Of a stretch of 64,000 nt of DNA, positions 12,238 to 21,917 are shown one piece after another. Each line of letters starts with the position of its first letter. Position 1 is the first letter of the stretch. The notes under the pieces were generated by a model, which worked only from the letters and a program-made list of their open reading frames with translations, was not told the DNA's origin and did not search any database. The translations under genes and the position numbers were made by a program. The stretch is from Candidatus Scalinduaceae bacterium (GTDB lineage: Bacteria; Planctomycetota; Brocadiia; Brocadiales; Scalinduaceae), in NCBI GenBank assembly GCA_046759445.1, contig JBHICG010000004.1, positions 32,001 to 96,000 of the forward strand, in the 5' to 3' direction.

Positions 12238-12356
12238 CGTTATATATCCTAAAATAAAGGAAGATAGTATTTTAAATTTTATGTTAGTGGCAAGTTCTTT
12301 ATATTGCTTTTGTAAGGTTTTGGTATAGTGAAGATCAGGGGGTGTTTGGCAAAAGG

Positions 12357-13577
12357 TTATTGTTCTTTATCAAGTTCAAATGCTCTGTGTATTGCAATAA
12401 GAGCGCGTTCGGCCTGATTTTCGTCTATGACGCAAGATATTTTAATCTCGGAGGTACTTATCATTTGTATGTTGATCTTTTCATCAGAGAGAGTGTTGAA
12501 CATTTTTTCGGCTATGCCGCAATGAGACCTCATACCTATGCCCACGACTGAAAGCTTTGCTATTTTGTCATTAGCAATTACTTCCTTGACTTTAATTTCT
12601 TTCTTAATTCGCTCGGTGGTTTTAAGGGCAAGCGGTAAATCATCTTTTAAAACTGTAAAAGTTACATCTGCCAAACCACGAGCGCTAATATTCTGGATTA
12701 TCATATCTACGTTTATGTTCTCTTTAGCAAGTTCTCGAAATATCTTCGCTGCTTGCCCAGGTTTATCTGGCACACCGATAATAGTAATTTTTGCTTCATT
12801 TTTTGTAACAGTTGCACCGCTCACAACAATATTTTCCATTTTACTTACCTCTTTGCATATAAGTGTTCCCGTGCCTTCATTAAAGCTAGGTCTTACACGG
12901 ATAGGAATATCATATTTCTTGGCGAATTCAATTGATCTTACATGAATAATCTGTGCACCCACACTTGCCAGTTCTAGAATTTCATCATAGGATATTTCAG
13001 TAAGTTTTCGTGCATCAGGAACTATACGTGGATCTGCCGTATATATTCCATCAACGTCAGTAAATATTTCGCATTTATCTGCTTTAAGCAAGGCTGCTAG
13101 AGCGACTGCGCTGGTGTCAGAACCTCCACGTCCCAGTGTGGTTATATTATCGTTTTTGTCTACCCCTTGATATCCGGCCACTACAATTATTCTATTTTTT
13201 GACAGCTCTTCAACTATGCGGTTGGCATTTATATTAACTATTCTTGCCTTTGTATGGAAACTATCCGTAGTAATTCCTACTTGTCTACCTGTAAAAGATA
13301 CTGCAGGATAGCCAAAGGAATGGATTGCCATTGCCATGAGTGCGCCTGACATCTGCTCTCCTGTTGAAAGCAACATATCTAATTCGCGTTTTGAGGGATT
13401 TTCATTTATTTCGTAAGCCAGCTCTAATAATTCGTCTGTCATTCGCCCTCTGGCAGAGACAACAACTATAACTTTGTTGCCCTCTAAATATGTTTTTATA
13501 ACACGCTTTGCCGCGCTTTTTAAGCGTATTGCATCGGCTACGGATGTGCCGCCAAATTTTTGAACAATTAGTTGCAC
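12357..13577 (-). CDS. lysC: Aspartate kinase with two ACT domains
   Basis: VQKFGGTSV, TTLGRGGSDTSAVALA, TDVDGIYTADPR, ISTSEIKISC. Confidence 0.96.
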   Translation of the reverse strand: MQLIVQKFGGTSVADAIRLKSAAKRVIKTYLEGNKVIVVVSARGRMTDELLELAYEINENPSKRELDMLLSTGEQMSGALMAMAIHSFGYPAVSFTGRQVGITTDSFHTKARIVNINANRIVEELSKNRIIVVAGYQGVDKNDNITTLGRGGSDTSAVALAALLKADKCEIFTDVDGIYTADPRIVPDARKLTEISYDEILELASVGAQIIHVRSIEFAKKYDIPIRVRPSFNEGTGTLICKEVSKMENIVVSGATVTKNEAKITIIGVPDKPGQAAKIFRELAKENINVDMIIQNISARGLADVTFTVLKDDLPLALKTTERIKKEIKVKEVIANDKIAKLSVVGIGMRSHCGIAEKMFNTLSDEKINIQMISTSEIKISCVIDENQAERALIAIHRAFELDKEQ

Positions 13578-13606
13578 AGTGTTTTTCGGGAAATTGATTT
13601 TAAAAT

Positions 13607-14185
13607 CTATTCCAGGTTTGCATGTCTCTTCATCATCTCAACGTCTTCTTTGTTGAGTAAACGCACAAGTGTTAATATCACAGCATCAAGGTACACAAGG
13701 CAGGCTTGTTCGAATAGCGTACTGCGAAATTGTGCGGAACGCTGAGATTGCAAAACCTGGCCAACTTCCCTTGCAGGTATCTCGATAGTTAAGGTTGCAT
13801 AATTGGACAACCCAGAGTCTGGATGTGCAGTAATTACTACAATGAATGCGTTTAGTTTTTGTGCTAATCCTGCAATATGACAGGTCATAGATGTTGTTCC
13901 TGAGCTACTACAGGCAATGAGCAAATCATCTTTATCAATGTTTGGTGTTGTGGTATCGCCGACTACATAGCATGTAAATCCTATATGAGTCAGACGCATT
14001 GCGAAGGTCCTAGCAACTAGACCAGAACGGCCTTGACCAGTTACAAAGATATTCCTTGTCGACATTATTGCTTCAATAAACCCTCTAAATTCATCTTCTT
14101 TTATACCATCTAGAACATCGCTTATTTCACTTATTATCGTTTTGGTGATAGATTTAATGCATAAATTGTTTTTCATTAGTTTCAT
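13607..14185 (-). CDS. hxlB: 6-phospho-3-hexuloisomerase (SIS domain)
   Basis: FVTGQGRSGLVARTFAMRL, VVGDTTTP, SSSGTT, LFEQ, C-terminal RHANLE. Confidence 0.9.
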   Translation of the reverse strand: MKLMKNNLCIKSITKTIISEISDVLDGIKEDEFRGFIEAIMSTRNIFVTGQGRSGLVARTFAMRLTHIGFTCYVVGDTTTPNIDKDDLLIACSSSGTTSMTCHIAGLAQKLNAFIVVITAHPDSGLSNYATLTIEIPAREVGQVLQSQRSAQFRSTLFEQACLVYLDAVILTLVRLLNKEDVEMMKRHANLE

Positions 14186-14391
14186 GGTTTTATGTATTAT
14201 ATGCCGAATTAGGGCAATAAAATTCTATCAACTATGTATTATAATTTCAAGGGATATGTAATAAAACGCTTTATAGATATCTTTTATTGTGTAATTTTGA
14301 ATGTTCATAGTAAAATTTTATTGCTATAGGGGCTATTTGTTGTTAATATCGCAATGTTTTAATTAACTAATCGGGATATTGTATTATTTAC

Positions 14392-14637
14392 ATGTCAATG
14401 GAAATTGGTGGGTTGATCAGGCAAATTATAGGGCTCTATGAAATAGTAATAATCGTGAGAATCGTTTTGTCATGGGTCCCACATAATGTACATCATCCGG
14501 CAGCAGTGTTCCTTTATAAAATAACTGAGCCGGTTTTAGCGCCGGTTAGACGAGTAATTCCATCCATAGGAGGAATAGATGTTTCACCAATTGTTGTATT
14601 CATAGGCCTTCATGTTATGGGCAACATTTTTTCTTAA
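14392..14637 (+). CDS. YggT family membrane protein
   Basis: IIVRIVLSWVP...LYKITEPVLAPVRRVIP..GGIDVSPIV. Confidence 0.92.
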   Translation: MSMEIGGLIRQIIGLYEIVIIVRIVLSWVPHNVHHPAAVFLYKITEPVLAPVRRVIPSIGGIDVSPIVVFIGLHVMGNIFS

Positions 14638-14744
14638 GCGGTATAATTAAAATATAATCTTTCTCATACCGGCAGTACTTTTCCACACTACATACCAATT
14701 TTTATACAACCTATAGTTTATCCAAAGCTAGCTGAGTTTTGCAC

Positions 14745-15419
14745 ATGAATTTGTATCGTCATAGAATCTCACGCAAAGAGTTCGCAAGGTTCATTGATCA
14801 CACATGTCTCAAGCCAGAGATTGTTAATCGTGACGTGGAGATGGCGTGCGAAGAAGCCATTAAGTTTAATTTTGCAGCAGTTTGCATACCGCCGTTTTAC
14901 ACCTCATTGGCATCTTACATTTTGAAACGTTCCGGAGTAAGGGTATGTACGGTAATAGGATTCCCTTTTGGTTATAATTTTCAAGAAGCTAAATCTTTTG
15001 AGGCAGTCAGAGCGGTAGAAATGGGAGCAGATGAAATGGACATGGTTATCAATATTACCGCTTTGAAATCAAAAGATTATGTGTCTGTTTGCAAGGATAT
15101 TGAGGGTGTTGTTAATGCCGCAAAAGGTATAAAAGTAAAAGTAATTGTGGAAACATGTTATCTTAGCAAGGAAGAAAAGATAAAGGCATGCGAGTGTGCG
15201 GTAAAATCCGGTGCAGCATTTGTTAAGACATCAACGGGATTTGGAACGAGTGGAGCTACAATTGAAGACGTACGTTTAATGTGTGCAACCGTTCCTGCAG
15301 ATGTTGGCGTAAAGGCTGCAGGGGGAATCAGAGATTTAGAAACAGCTTTAGCAATGATTGAAGCTGGTGCTAAAAGGATAGGCACGAGTGTGAGCGTTCA
15401 ATTAATTTCTGAGATTTAG
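14745..15419 (+). CDS. deoC: Deoxyribose-phosphate aldolase
   Basis: IDHTCLKP, VCTVIGFPFG, GADEMDMVIN, KVIVET, FVKTSTGF, VKAAGGIRD, RIGTS. ATG 14745 preferred over TTG 14739. Confidence 0.95.
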   Translation: MNLYRHRISRKEFARFIDHTCLKPEIVNRDVEMACEEAIKFNFAAVCIPPFYTSLASYILKRSGVRVCTVIGFPFGYNFQEAKSFEAVRAVEMGADEMDMVINITALKSKDYVSVCKDIEGVVNAAKGIKVKVIVETCYLSKEEKIKACECAVKSGAAFVKTSTGFGTSGATIEDVRLMCATVPADVGVKAAGGIRDLETALAMIEAGAKRIGTSVSVQLISEI

Positions 15420-15446
15420 GAAAGGGAAAAGGTATTAACCAGGCAG

Positions 15447-16628
15447 ATGATAAGCAGAATCATCATTATTGTCCTTGATAGTGTCGGAATTGGCGAGATG
15501 CCTGATGCTTTTAAATTCGGTGATGAAGGTAGCAATACATTGGTAAATACTGCAAAGGCGGTTAGGGGGCTAAACATACCTAATCTTGAAGACTTTGGCA
15601 TAGGGAAGATTGAAGCCATTTGTGGTGTTTCTAGAGACGTAGAAGGGAAGGCTTTTTATGGCAAGATGTCAGAAGCCTCAGCAGCCAAAGATACGACCTC
15701 CGGGCATTGGGAAATTGCAGGCGTAATCACCAGGAAACCATTTCCTACATATCCAAAAGGATTTCCGGAAGATGTTATTAAAAGATTTACGGATACTATT
15801 GGAAGGCCGATATTGGGCAATAAACCTGCGTCGGGAACCGAAATAATAAATGAGCTTGGCGCAGAACACATTAAAACAGGAAGTCCGATTGTGTATACGT
15901 CTGCAGACAGCGTATTTCAGATTGCTGCATGTGAGGATATTATATCTGTTGAATCACTATATGAGATGTGTGCGCAGGCTAGAAGTATATTAAAGGGTGA
16001 ACATAATGTCGGCCGCGTAATTGCTAGGCCATTCATAATAGAAAATGACAAATATATTCGAACGGAAAGAAGGAAAGACTTCTCTTTAACTCCACCCGAG
16101 GAAACTCTGTTAGACAAAGCGGTAAAGAAAGGGTATGCAGTCATAGGTGTTGGTAAGATTGGTGATATTTTTGCGCATAGGGGGCTAACAAAGGAAATAC
16201 ATACTTCCGACAACCATGATGGTATTTCAAAGACGATAAAATGTATTAAGGAGGATTTCAAAGGAATTATTTTTACGAACTTAATTGACTTTGATATGAA
16301 GTACGGACATAGAAACAACCCAAAAGGTTATGCAGAAGCATTGGAGTCATTTGATGATAGACTACCGGAAATTGTAGATGCATTAAGAAAAGAGGATGTT
16401 ATCATTCTTACAGCCGATCATGGCTGTGACCCAACTACACCCAGCACAGATCATTCACGGGAATATGTGCCACTTTTGGTTTATGGGAAAACATTGGGGA
16501 GGCCTAAATCACTTGGTGTTCGCAAATCGTTTGCGGATGTAGGTGCAACTGTAGCTGAAATCTTACAAATATTAGAATTTGATAAGGGAGAAAGTTTTCT
16601 AAAGGAATTGATAAATAATCAGGCCTGA
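15447..16628 (+). CDS. deoB: Phosphopentomutase
   Basis: [65 protein letters not shown]. Confidence 0.96.
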   Translation: MISRIIIIVLDSVGIGEMPDAFKFGDEGSNTLVNTAKAVRGLNIPNLEDFGIGKIEAICGVSRDVEGKAFYGKMSEASAAKDTTSGHWEIAGVITRKPFPTYPKGFPEDVIKRFTDTIGRPILGNKPASGTEIINELGAEHIKTGSPIVYTSADSVFQIAACEDIISVESLYEMCAQARSILKGEHNVGRVIARPFIIENDKYIRTERRKDFSLTPPEETLLDKAVKKGYAVIGVGKIGDIFAHRGLTKEIHTSDNHDGISKTIKCIKEDFKGIIFTNLIDFDMKYGHRNNPKGYAEALESFDDRLPEIVDALRKEDVIILTADHGCDPTTPSTDHSREYVPLLVYGKTLGRPKSLGVRKSFADVGATVAEILQILEFDKGESFLKELINNQA

Positions 16629-16946
16629 TTTAGTTTATGGGGTTATTCCTATTATACATATTAGTAATAGCAGTAGTTTCGATGAATTCACACCTTTAAT
16701 AATGATATTTGTTTTTCAGGGTCCAGTACGTTTGCATTGTACGGCTATTTGTGCGTTCAATGTAACTGTTCTGTAATCGAATTTTACTAAACCCATTTTT
16801 TTTCTGCCTTTAATCATCGTTGTTCTTCATGTAATAAAGAAATATGTTTGTAAACAATTAGTATAAAAGTGGTGTTTACTTTTGTTATAAAAATGATACT
16901 ATATGTATTTTGTGAATAAATATTTGTTGCCCAAGGAAAATTAAAG

Positions 16947-17825
16947 ATGTTTCGACTAATAGATATCCTGCACCTTCTCCGCCCGCAAGAGTGGATTAAA
17001 AATACATTTGTTTTTGCCGCCCTAATTTTCTCCCAGCAGCTATTAAACGTAATGGATGTTCTGAAAGTGATTGGTGCGTTTGTGCTGTTCTGCATGGTAT
17101 CAGGGGTAATTTACATTATAAATGATATCTTTGATCTGGAACATGATAGAGTACATCCGATAAAAAAGGATAGACCTCTTGCTTCGGGACGGATAAATAT
17201 TTCCCTGGCCTGGCTCTTGGCCGTGATTCTGGTAGTGATATCTATGACCTTTTCATTTGCTCTTCAACCAAACTTCATGTTTGTTCTGGTGTTATATTTT
17301 CTGATTAATTTTGCTTATTCTCTTTATCTCAAAGGGATCGTTATTGTGGATGTTATGACTCTGGCTTTTGGTTTTGTTTTAAGGGCTATTGCTGGAGGCG
17401 TGGTGATACAGGTGCCGGTATCTTCATGGTTAATTGTCTGTACTGCTCTAATATCCCTGTTTTTAGGTTTTGGGAAAAGACGACATGAGCTTATTTTACT
17501 AGATGAGGAAGCCGGCAATCATAGAAGTATTTTAAGGGAATACAGTCCCTATTTTTTAGACCAGATGATATCCGTAGTTACGGCTTCGTCGGTTATTGCT
17601 TATACCTTCTATACCATGTCCGAAGAGGTACAGGAAAAACTTCATACTCATTATCTTGGGCTTACGATCCCATTTGTTCTATACGGAATCTTTCGGTATC
17701 TTTACCTGGTACATCAAAAACAAGGTGGCGGGAATCCTGCTCAGGAACTTCTCGCAGACAGGCCCCTTCTTATCAATGGGACACTTTGGGTTCTTGCCGT
17801 AATAGTAATTCTTTATGATTGGTAA
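16947..17825 (+). CDS. UbiA-family polyprenyl-phosphate phosphoribosyltransferase (DPPR synthase-like), copy 1
   Basis: LRPQEWIKN, YIINDIFDLEHDRVHPIKKDRPLASG, LRAIAG, GKRRHEL, FRYLYL; multi-TM. These motifs are characteristic of the Rv3806c-like subfamily. Confidence 0.88.
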   Translation: MFRLIDILHLLRPQEWIKNTFVFAALIFSQQLLNVMDVLKVIGAFVLFCMVSGVIYIINDIFDLEHDRVHPIKKDRPLASGRINISLAWLLAVILVVISMTFSFALQPNFMFVLVLYFLINFAYSLYLKGIVIVDVMTLAFGFVLRAIAGGVVIQVPVSSWLIVCTALISLFLGFGKRRHELILLDEEAGNHRSILREYSPYFLDQMISVVTASSVIAYTFYTMSEEVQEKLHTHYLGLTIPFVLYGIFRYLYLVHQKQGGGNPAQELLADRPLLINGTLWVLAVIVILYDW

Positions 17826-18915
17826 AAATATGACACGATCGATCGTTGTTGTTAAAAGAACAAAACCTGATACTGTTCTTTCTGATTTCGAGGAAATTAT
17901 TCAGGCATCTGGTCTACTGGAGGCTTTAGACTCCTCCCGTGTTACAATTTTGAAGGACAATATTACATGGCATTTCCCTTTCTTAAGCGCTAATACTACT
18001 CCCTGGCAGTTGGAGGGGACCATTTTGGCTCTAAAAAATGCCGGCTTTAACAAACTTGTGGCCGTCCATAATAATACAGTTGTTACAAATCCTTATAAGG
18101 GAGGGATATTAAACAAGCTGACTCCCATCTACAAGAAATATGGCATCGAAGAAAGGTACAACTTCCTGCCTGAAGATATCAAATGGATAACTTATAAACC
18201 GAAGGCAGAGATGCGAGTGCTTAATAATATTTACAAAAAAGGGATTAAAATTCCTGAATTTTTTATTGATAAAAATATTGTTCATCTACCCACCATGAAA
18301 ACCCACATTTACACTCAGATCACAGGAGCTATGAAGAATGCCTTTGGTGGTTTACTTAACACCAGGCGTCACTATACACATAGTGTCATCCACGAGACGT
18401 TAGTTGACCTTTTGGCTATTCAAAAAGAAATTCATGCTGGAATATTTGCGGTGATGGATGGAACGATTTGTGGAAGTGGTCCCGGCCCGAGGACTATGCA
18501 GCCTGTAGAAAAGGATTATATTTTGGCCAGCTCAGACAGCGTAGCCATTGATGCCGTTTCTGCTAAGATGATGGGCTTTAATCCCATGAAGATACCCTTC
18601 ATACGTTTGGCGCATGAAGATGGACTAGGGAAAGGCAACCTGTCACAGATTGAAGTATCAGGAGAGGATATCTCAATGGTTAATTTTGGGTTCCAGGTAG
18701 GGGATAATCTTGCAAGCCTTGTGGGCGATGCCTTCTGGTTCAGTCCTGCCAAAATGTTTCAGAGGCTTCTTTTTCACACTCCATTGGTGTACGCCTTCGT
18801 GCTCGGATCATATATATACCATGATTATGTCTGGTGGCCCTTTAAGGGTAAAAGAAAAATGGCTGAAATCAGTGAAACCAAATGGGGGAAATTATTTGCC
18901 TCATACGATAGTTAA
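17815..18915 (+). CDS. DUF362 domain protein (no fused ferredoxin)
   Basis: LKDN, TTP, LPTMKTH, ITGAMKNAFG, MDG..CGSGPGP, DSVAIDAV; overlaps the UbiA stop (alternative start 17830). Confidence 0.85.
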   Translation: MIGKNMTRSIVVVKRTKPDTVLSDFEEIIQASGLLEALDSSRVTILKDNITWHFPFLSANTTPWQLEGTILALKNAGFNKLVAVHNNTVVTNPYKGGILNKLTPIYKKYGIEERYNFLPEDIKWITYKPKAEMRVLNNIYKKGIKIPEFFIDKNIVHLPTMKTHIYTQITGAMKNAFGGLLNTRRHYTHSVIHETLVDLLAIQKEIHAGIFAVMDGTICGSGPGPRTMQPVEKDYILASSDSVAIDAVSAKMMGFNPMKIPFIRLAHEDGLGKGNLSQIEVSGEDISMVNFGFQVGDNLASLVGDAFWFSPAKMFQRLLFHTPLVYAFVLGSYIYHDYVWWPFKGKRKMAEISETKWGKLFASYDS

Positions 18916-18972
18916 AATATAAGGGATATTATCATTTCTAAGATTGTATTGGAGTTTTGTATTTAAAAAAAT

Positions 18973-20175
18973 ATGAAGGAGAAGAAAAAAATGAAAAAAG
19001 GACTAATTTTAATATTCGTATTAATTGCATTTTTCACTTTGAGTATCTCAACAATTATTCAAACAGACGAAAGAATGAATCAGGCGTTCGCGGGACAATA
19101 TTATGATGAGCCATTAACAGATGCTCCACCCCTCACTGATTCCGATGACATCTCCGATGCTGCGCCAGAAGATAAACCAATTAAAGATTCCCAGTCTATT
19201 TCAGATTCTGATATTACTTACGACACTACCCCTCTACCACAGATTACTGAGCACAGTGAACAGGCCATCAAGACTTCAGGGGAGTATCTGGGACAGAAAT
19301 GGTTTATCGATGAGAACCATCTTCTGTGGTGGGATGGAGAGCCATATATTCCTTATGGATTGAATGCGGCGCTAACCCCTAAAGATGGAATCAAGGATTT
19401 TGCAATATGGAGCGACCCCGATTTTTTGGGAACTGATTCAGAGCGGTTCGAGTGGCTTGACAGATTAACGGATAAGATTACTGAACAGGGAGGAACCTAT
19501 TTTATGCTCTTCCTCTTAAATCCGGAATTAAGGGATCTTTCTGATTTAAATAAGCCCAGGGTAAAGTCACAAATTGAATTAAAATGGAGAAAATTTGCGC
19601 CGGCGGTAAGAAAAAAAGGTTTGAGAGCAATCACATTTTTTAATGAGATTAATATGCTAAAGGCATCTCGAACTATCAGTTTAAAAGAGTATGGACGGAT
19701 TTTAAATGACTATGCAAAGAGTCTGAAAGAGATAGTAGGAAATGTGCCTGTAATATTAAAGATTGGCGGTGATTGGAATATTGAGCCAATAATGGTAACA
19801 ATTCAGGGTGATTACGTCGATGGTCTTGGAGGGGATTTCTTTGCGAGCGAACCAGATGAGAATTTAAAAAGACAGATGGTCAAACCTACAACTTTACTAA
19901 ATCAATCTAAGAAAACCAAGCTTTTCTGGATTACCGAATTAAGTAGAGCGGCGGGAGGAGATGCCGGTACACTCTGGCTTAAATTTGAAAATAAGAATAA
20001 CATGAGAAGCTTCCTTAAGGCTTTTTTGTTATATGGAGCAACAGGCTTCTTTTACTTTGACATACATCCGACTGCAGATGGATATGCTCAAGTAACTCAG
20101 GAGACGGCGAAATGGTTTCGGGAACTAAAGTCTGAGGTAGTTAAAGAGATTTTATCCTTTAAGAAAGGCGGTTAA
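18973..20175 (+). CDS. Exported/membrane-anchored protein with an acidic linker and a putative clan GH-A-like TIM-barrel glycoside hydrolase domain
   Basis: Basic N-terminus followed by a hydrophobic segment; D/S/P/T-rich linker; WDGEPYIPYGLN, FFNEIN, WITELS, GATGFFYF. Confidence 0.55.
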   Translation: MKEKKKMKKGLILIFVLIAFFTLSISTIIQTDERMNQAFAGQYYDEPLTDAPPLTDSDDISDAAPEDKPIKDSQSISDSDITYDTTPLPQITEHSEQAIKTSGEYLGQKWFIDENHLLWWDGEPYIPYGLNAALTPKDGIKDFAIWSDPDFLGTDSERFEWLDRLTDKITEQGGTYFMLFLLNPELRDLSDLNKPRVKSQIELKWRKFAPAVRKKGLRAITFFNEINMLKASRTISLKEYGRILNDYAKSLKEIVGNVPVILKIGGDWNIEPIMVTIQGDYVDGLGGDFFASEPDENLKRQMVKPTTLLNQSKKTKLFWITELSRAAGGDAGTLWLKFENKNNMRSFLKAFLLYGATGFFYFDIHPTADGYAQVTQETAKWFRELKSEVVKEILSFKKGG

Positions 20176-20362
20176 TTTATACAAAGCTGTGAAATTAATA
20201 TGAAGATAAATAACAAGTAGTTAGGTTTTGCTTAAAAGGCCGGCTTTTAGACAATTTCGATAAGTAATGGGAAAAGGCAAATTATTGAAATGGATATTTA
20301 AGGGGATTGTCTTTTCCTCTTACTCATAAACTTGAATTTTCTTTAGCATTGTCCCTTTTGTT

Positions 20363-21799
20363 TTGATTGATGAGATGAATAAATACCTTATTATACTTTC
20401 TAGAGTTAAAAATCCCTTGGATCTTAGATTCAAGAAGGACGAAATTTATGGTTCATCTTTATTCAAGATTGTTGCCATTTTATCCCTTGGATGTATGTTA
20501 GGGTTTGTGACATACAAATTAAAATATATTGCTCCTTTTCTCTTGTTGGGCGTTTTTGGTATAACATTAGCTGGCATCTATTCAGAAATCGGAATCGTTA
20601 TTTTTCTCCTGATAATCAATCTCAGTTTCTTACAAGCTATGAATGTTCCTTATGTTAAATTGTCTTTCATAGGTTTTTTTGCCATGTGGTGGTTATATTT
20701 CCTTGGGAATAGATTGAAAATCACTCGTTCTAATCAGATGACCTTCCTCATGGTATTGTATATTTCGTTGTTTATATTGTCGTTCCTATCTGGTGGCAAC
20801 TTTTTTGGTAAGATTGGTGGTGGGTTGAACTATTATTCTAATATGTTCTTTGCATTCGTGATCATGACCACGATCAGGGCAGAGGAACAGGTAAGGAAAT
20901 TTTTGGATCTGTTAATTCTGTGGGGTGTTTTTCTGGCCGCTATTGGGGTTATTCAATTTGTTACAAAACGTCCCCTTTTCCCAGGAGCTGTTTCAGAAGG
21001 TGGTCTCCCGGTCACGGGGAGTACCATAGGCGATACTGTATTTTATGCCGTTCATATGCAATTTGTCATAATCTTGTGCTTTTACAAGCTATTGTATAAA
21101 TATAATAACAAAGAAAAGATAGTTCCCATTCTTTTCGTCCTTATTTTATTAGTACTGGGTTGGGCCTTTAGTTTTAATAGAGTAACTATGGTTAGTTTTG
21201 TAGTGGCTATCTTTGTTATTGCTCATTTGCATGGTCAAAAAAAGAAAGCGTTATTGTTTTTGTTAATAGCCTTGATATTTATATATATATTTGCTCCCAG
21301 GTTTTTCTCTCAGATGTATAGCATTATTACTTCTATTTTGTATCCTGCAGGCACCCATTGGGAGGGTAGATTAAATCTTACCATGGCTGGCTTGAAAGCA
21401 ATTAAAGATTATCCGTTAGCTTTATTGACAGGATTTGGGCCAGGACAATACGTTAATGTAATCATGCCATATTTAACTCCATGGCAAAAGTTGAATTTAG
21501 GAGGTACAGGTAGCATGTTTCCTGTCTATCTGTTGGTGGAGATTGGGATATTCGGAACGGCTTTATTTTTCTGGTTCATATGGTTAACACTCAAAGATCT
21601 TTTTAATGTACAAAAGTTGTTTGAACAACGCAAGAGACATGATATGTTTTTAATTACTCAGGGTTTATTTGTAGCTTTTATAAGCCTATTGATTACAAGT
21701 TTTACAGGCCCTCCTCACCTCTTTTTTGCCTTCTGGATACCCATTGCAATGGTAGCAGTTTTAAACAACTTGTGTCAGAAAAAGATGGCAAATCAATAG
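20363..21799 (+). CDS. O-antigen ligase / Wzy-like polymerase family membrane protein
   Basis: About 12 TM segments; SFNR, GRLNL..AGL.AIKDYP...GFGPGQY, LLVEIGIFG (Wzy_C-like loop). Confidence 0.75.
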   Translation: MIDEMNKYLIILSRVKNPLDLRFKKDEIYGSSLFKIVAILSLGCMLGFVTYKLKYIAPFLLLGVFGITLAGIYSEIGIVIFLLIINLSFLQAMNVPYVKLSFIGFFAMWWLYFLGNRLKITRSNQMTFLMVLYISLFILSFLSGGNFFGKIGGGLNYYSNMFFAFVIMTTIRAEEQVRKFLDLLILWGVFLAAIGVIQFVTKRPLFPGAVSEGGLPVTGSTIGDTVFYAVHMQFVIILCFYKLLYKYNNKEKIVPILFVLILLVLGWAFSFNRVTMVSFVVAIFVIAHLHGQKKKALLFLLIALIFIYIFAPRFFSQMYSIITSILYPAGTHWEGRLNLTMAGLKAIKDYPLALLTGFGPGQYVNVIMPYLTPWQKLNLGGTGSMFPVYLLVEIGIFGTALFFWFIWLTLKDLFNVQKLFEQRKRHDMFLITQGLFVAFISLLITSFTGPPHLFFAFWIPIAMVAVLNNLCQKKMANQ

Positions 21800-21917
21800 A
21801 AAGCCCCTTTGGTATTTTATTCTTTCTCTTGTAGCAATATGCAGGAGAACCTTAAGCAGAAAACATGGGGAATTTATTAAGTTCTGCGATTAAGGATAAC
21901 TTCAAGATAATAAAAAA

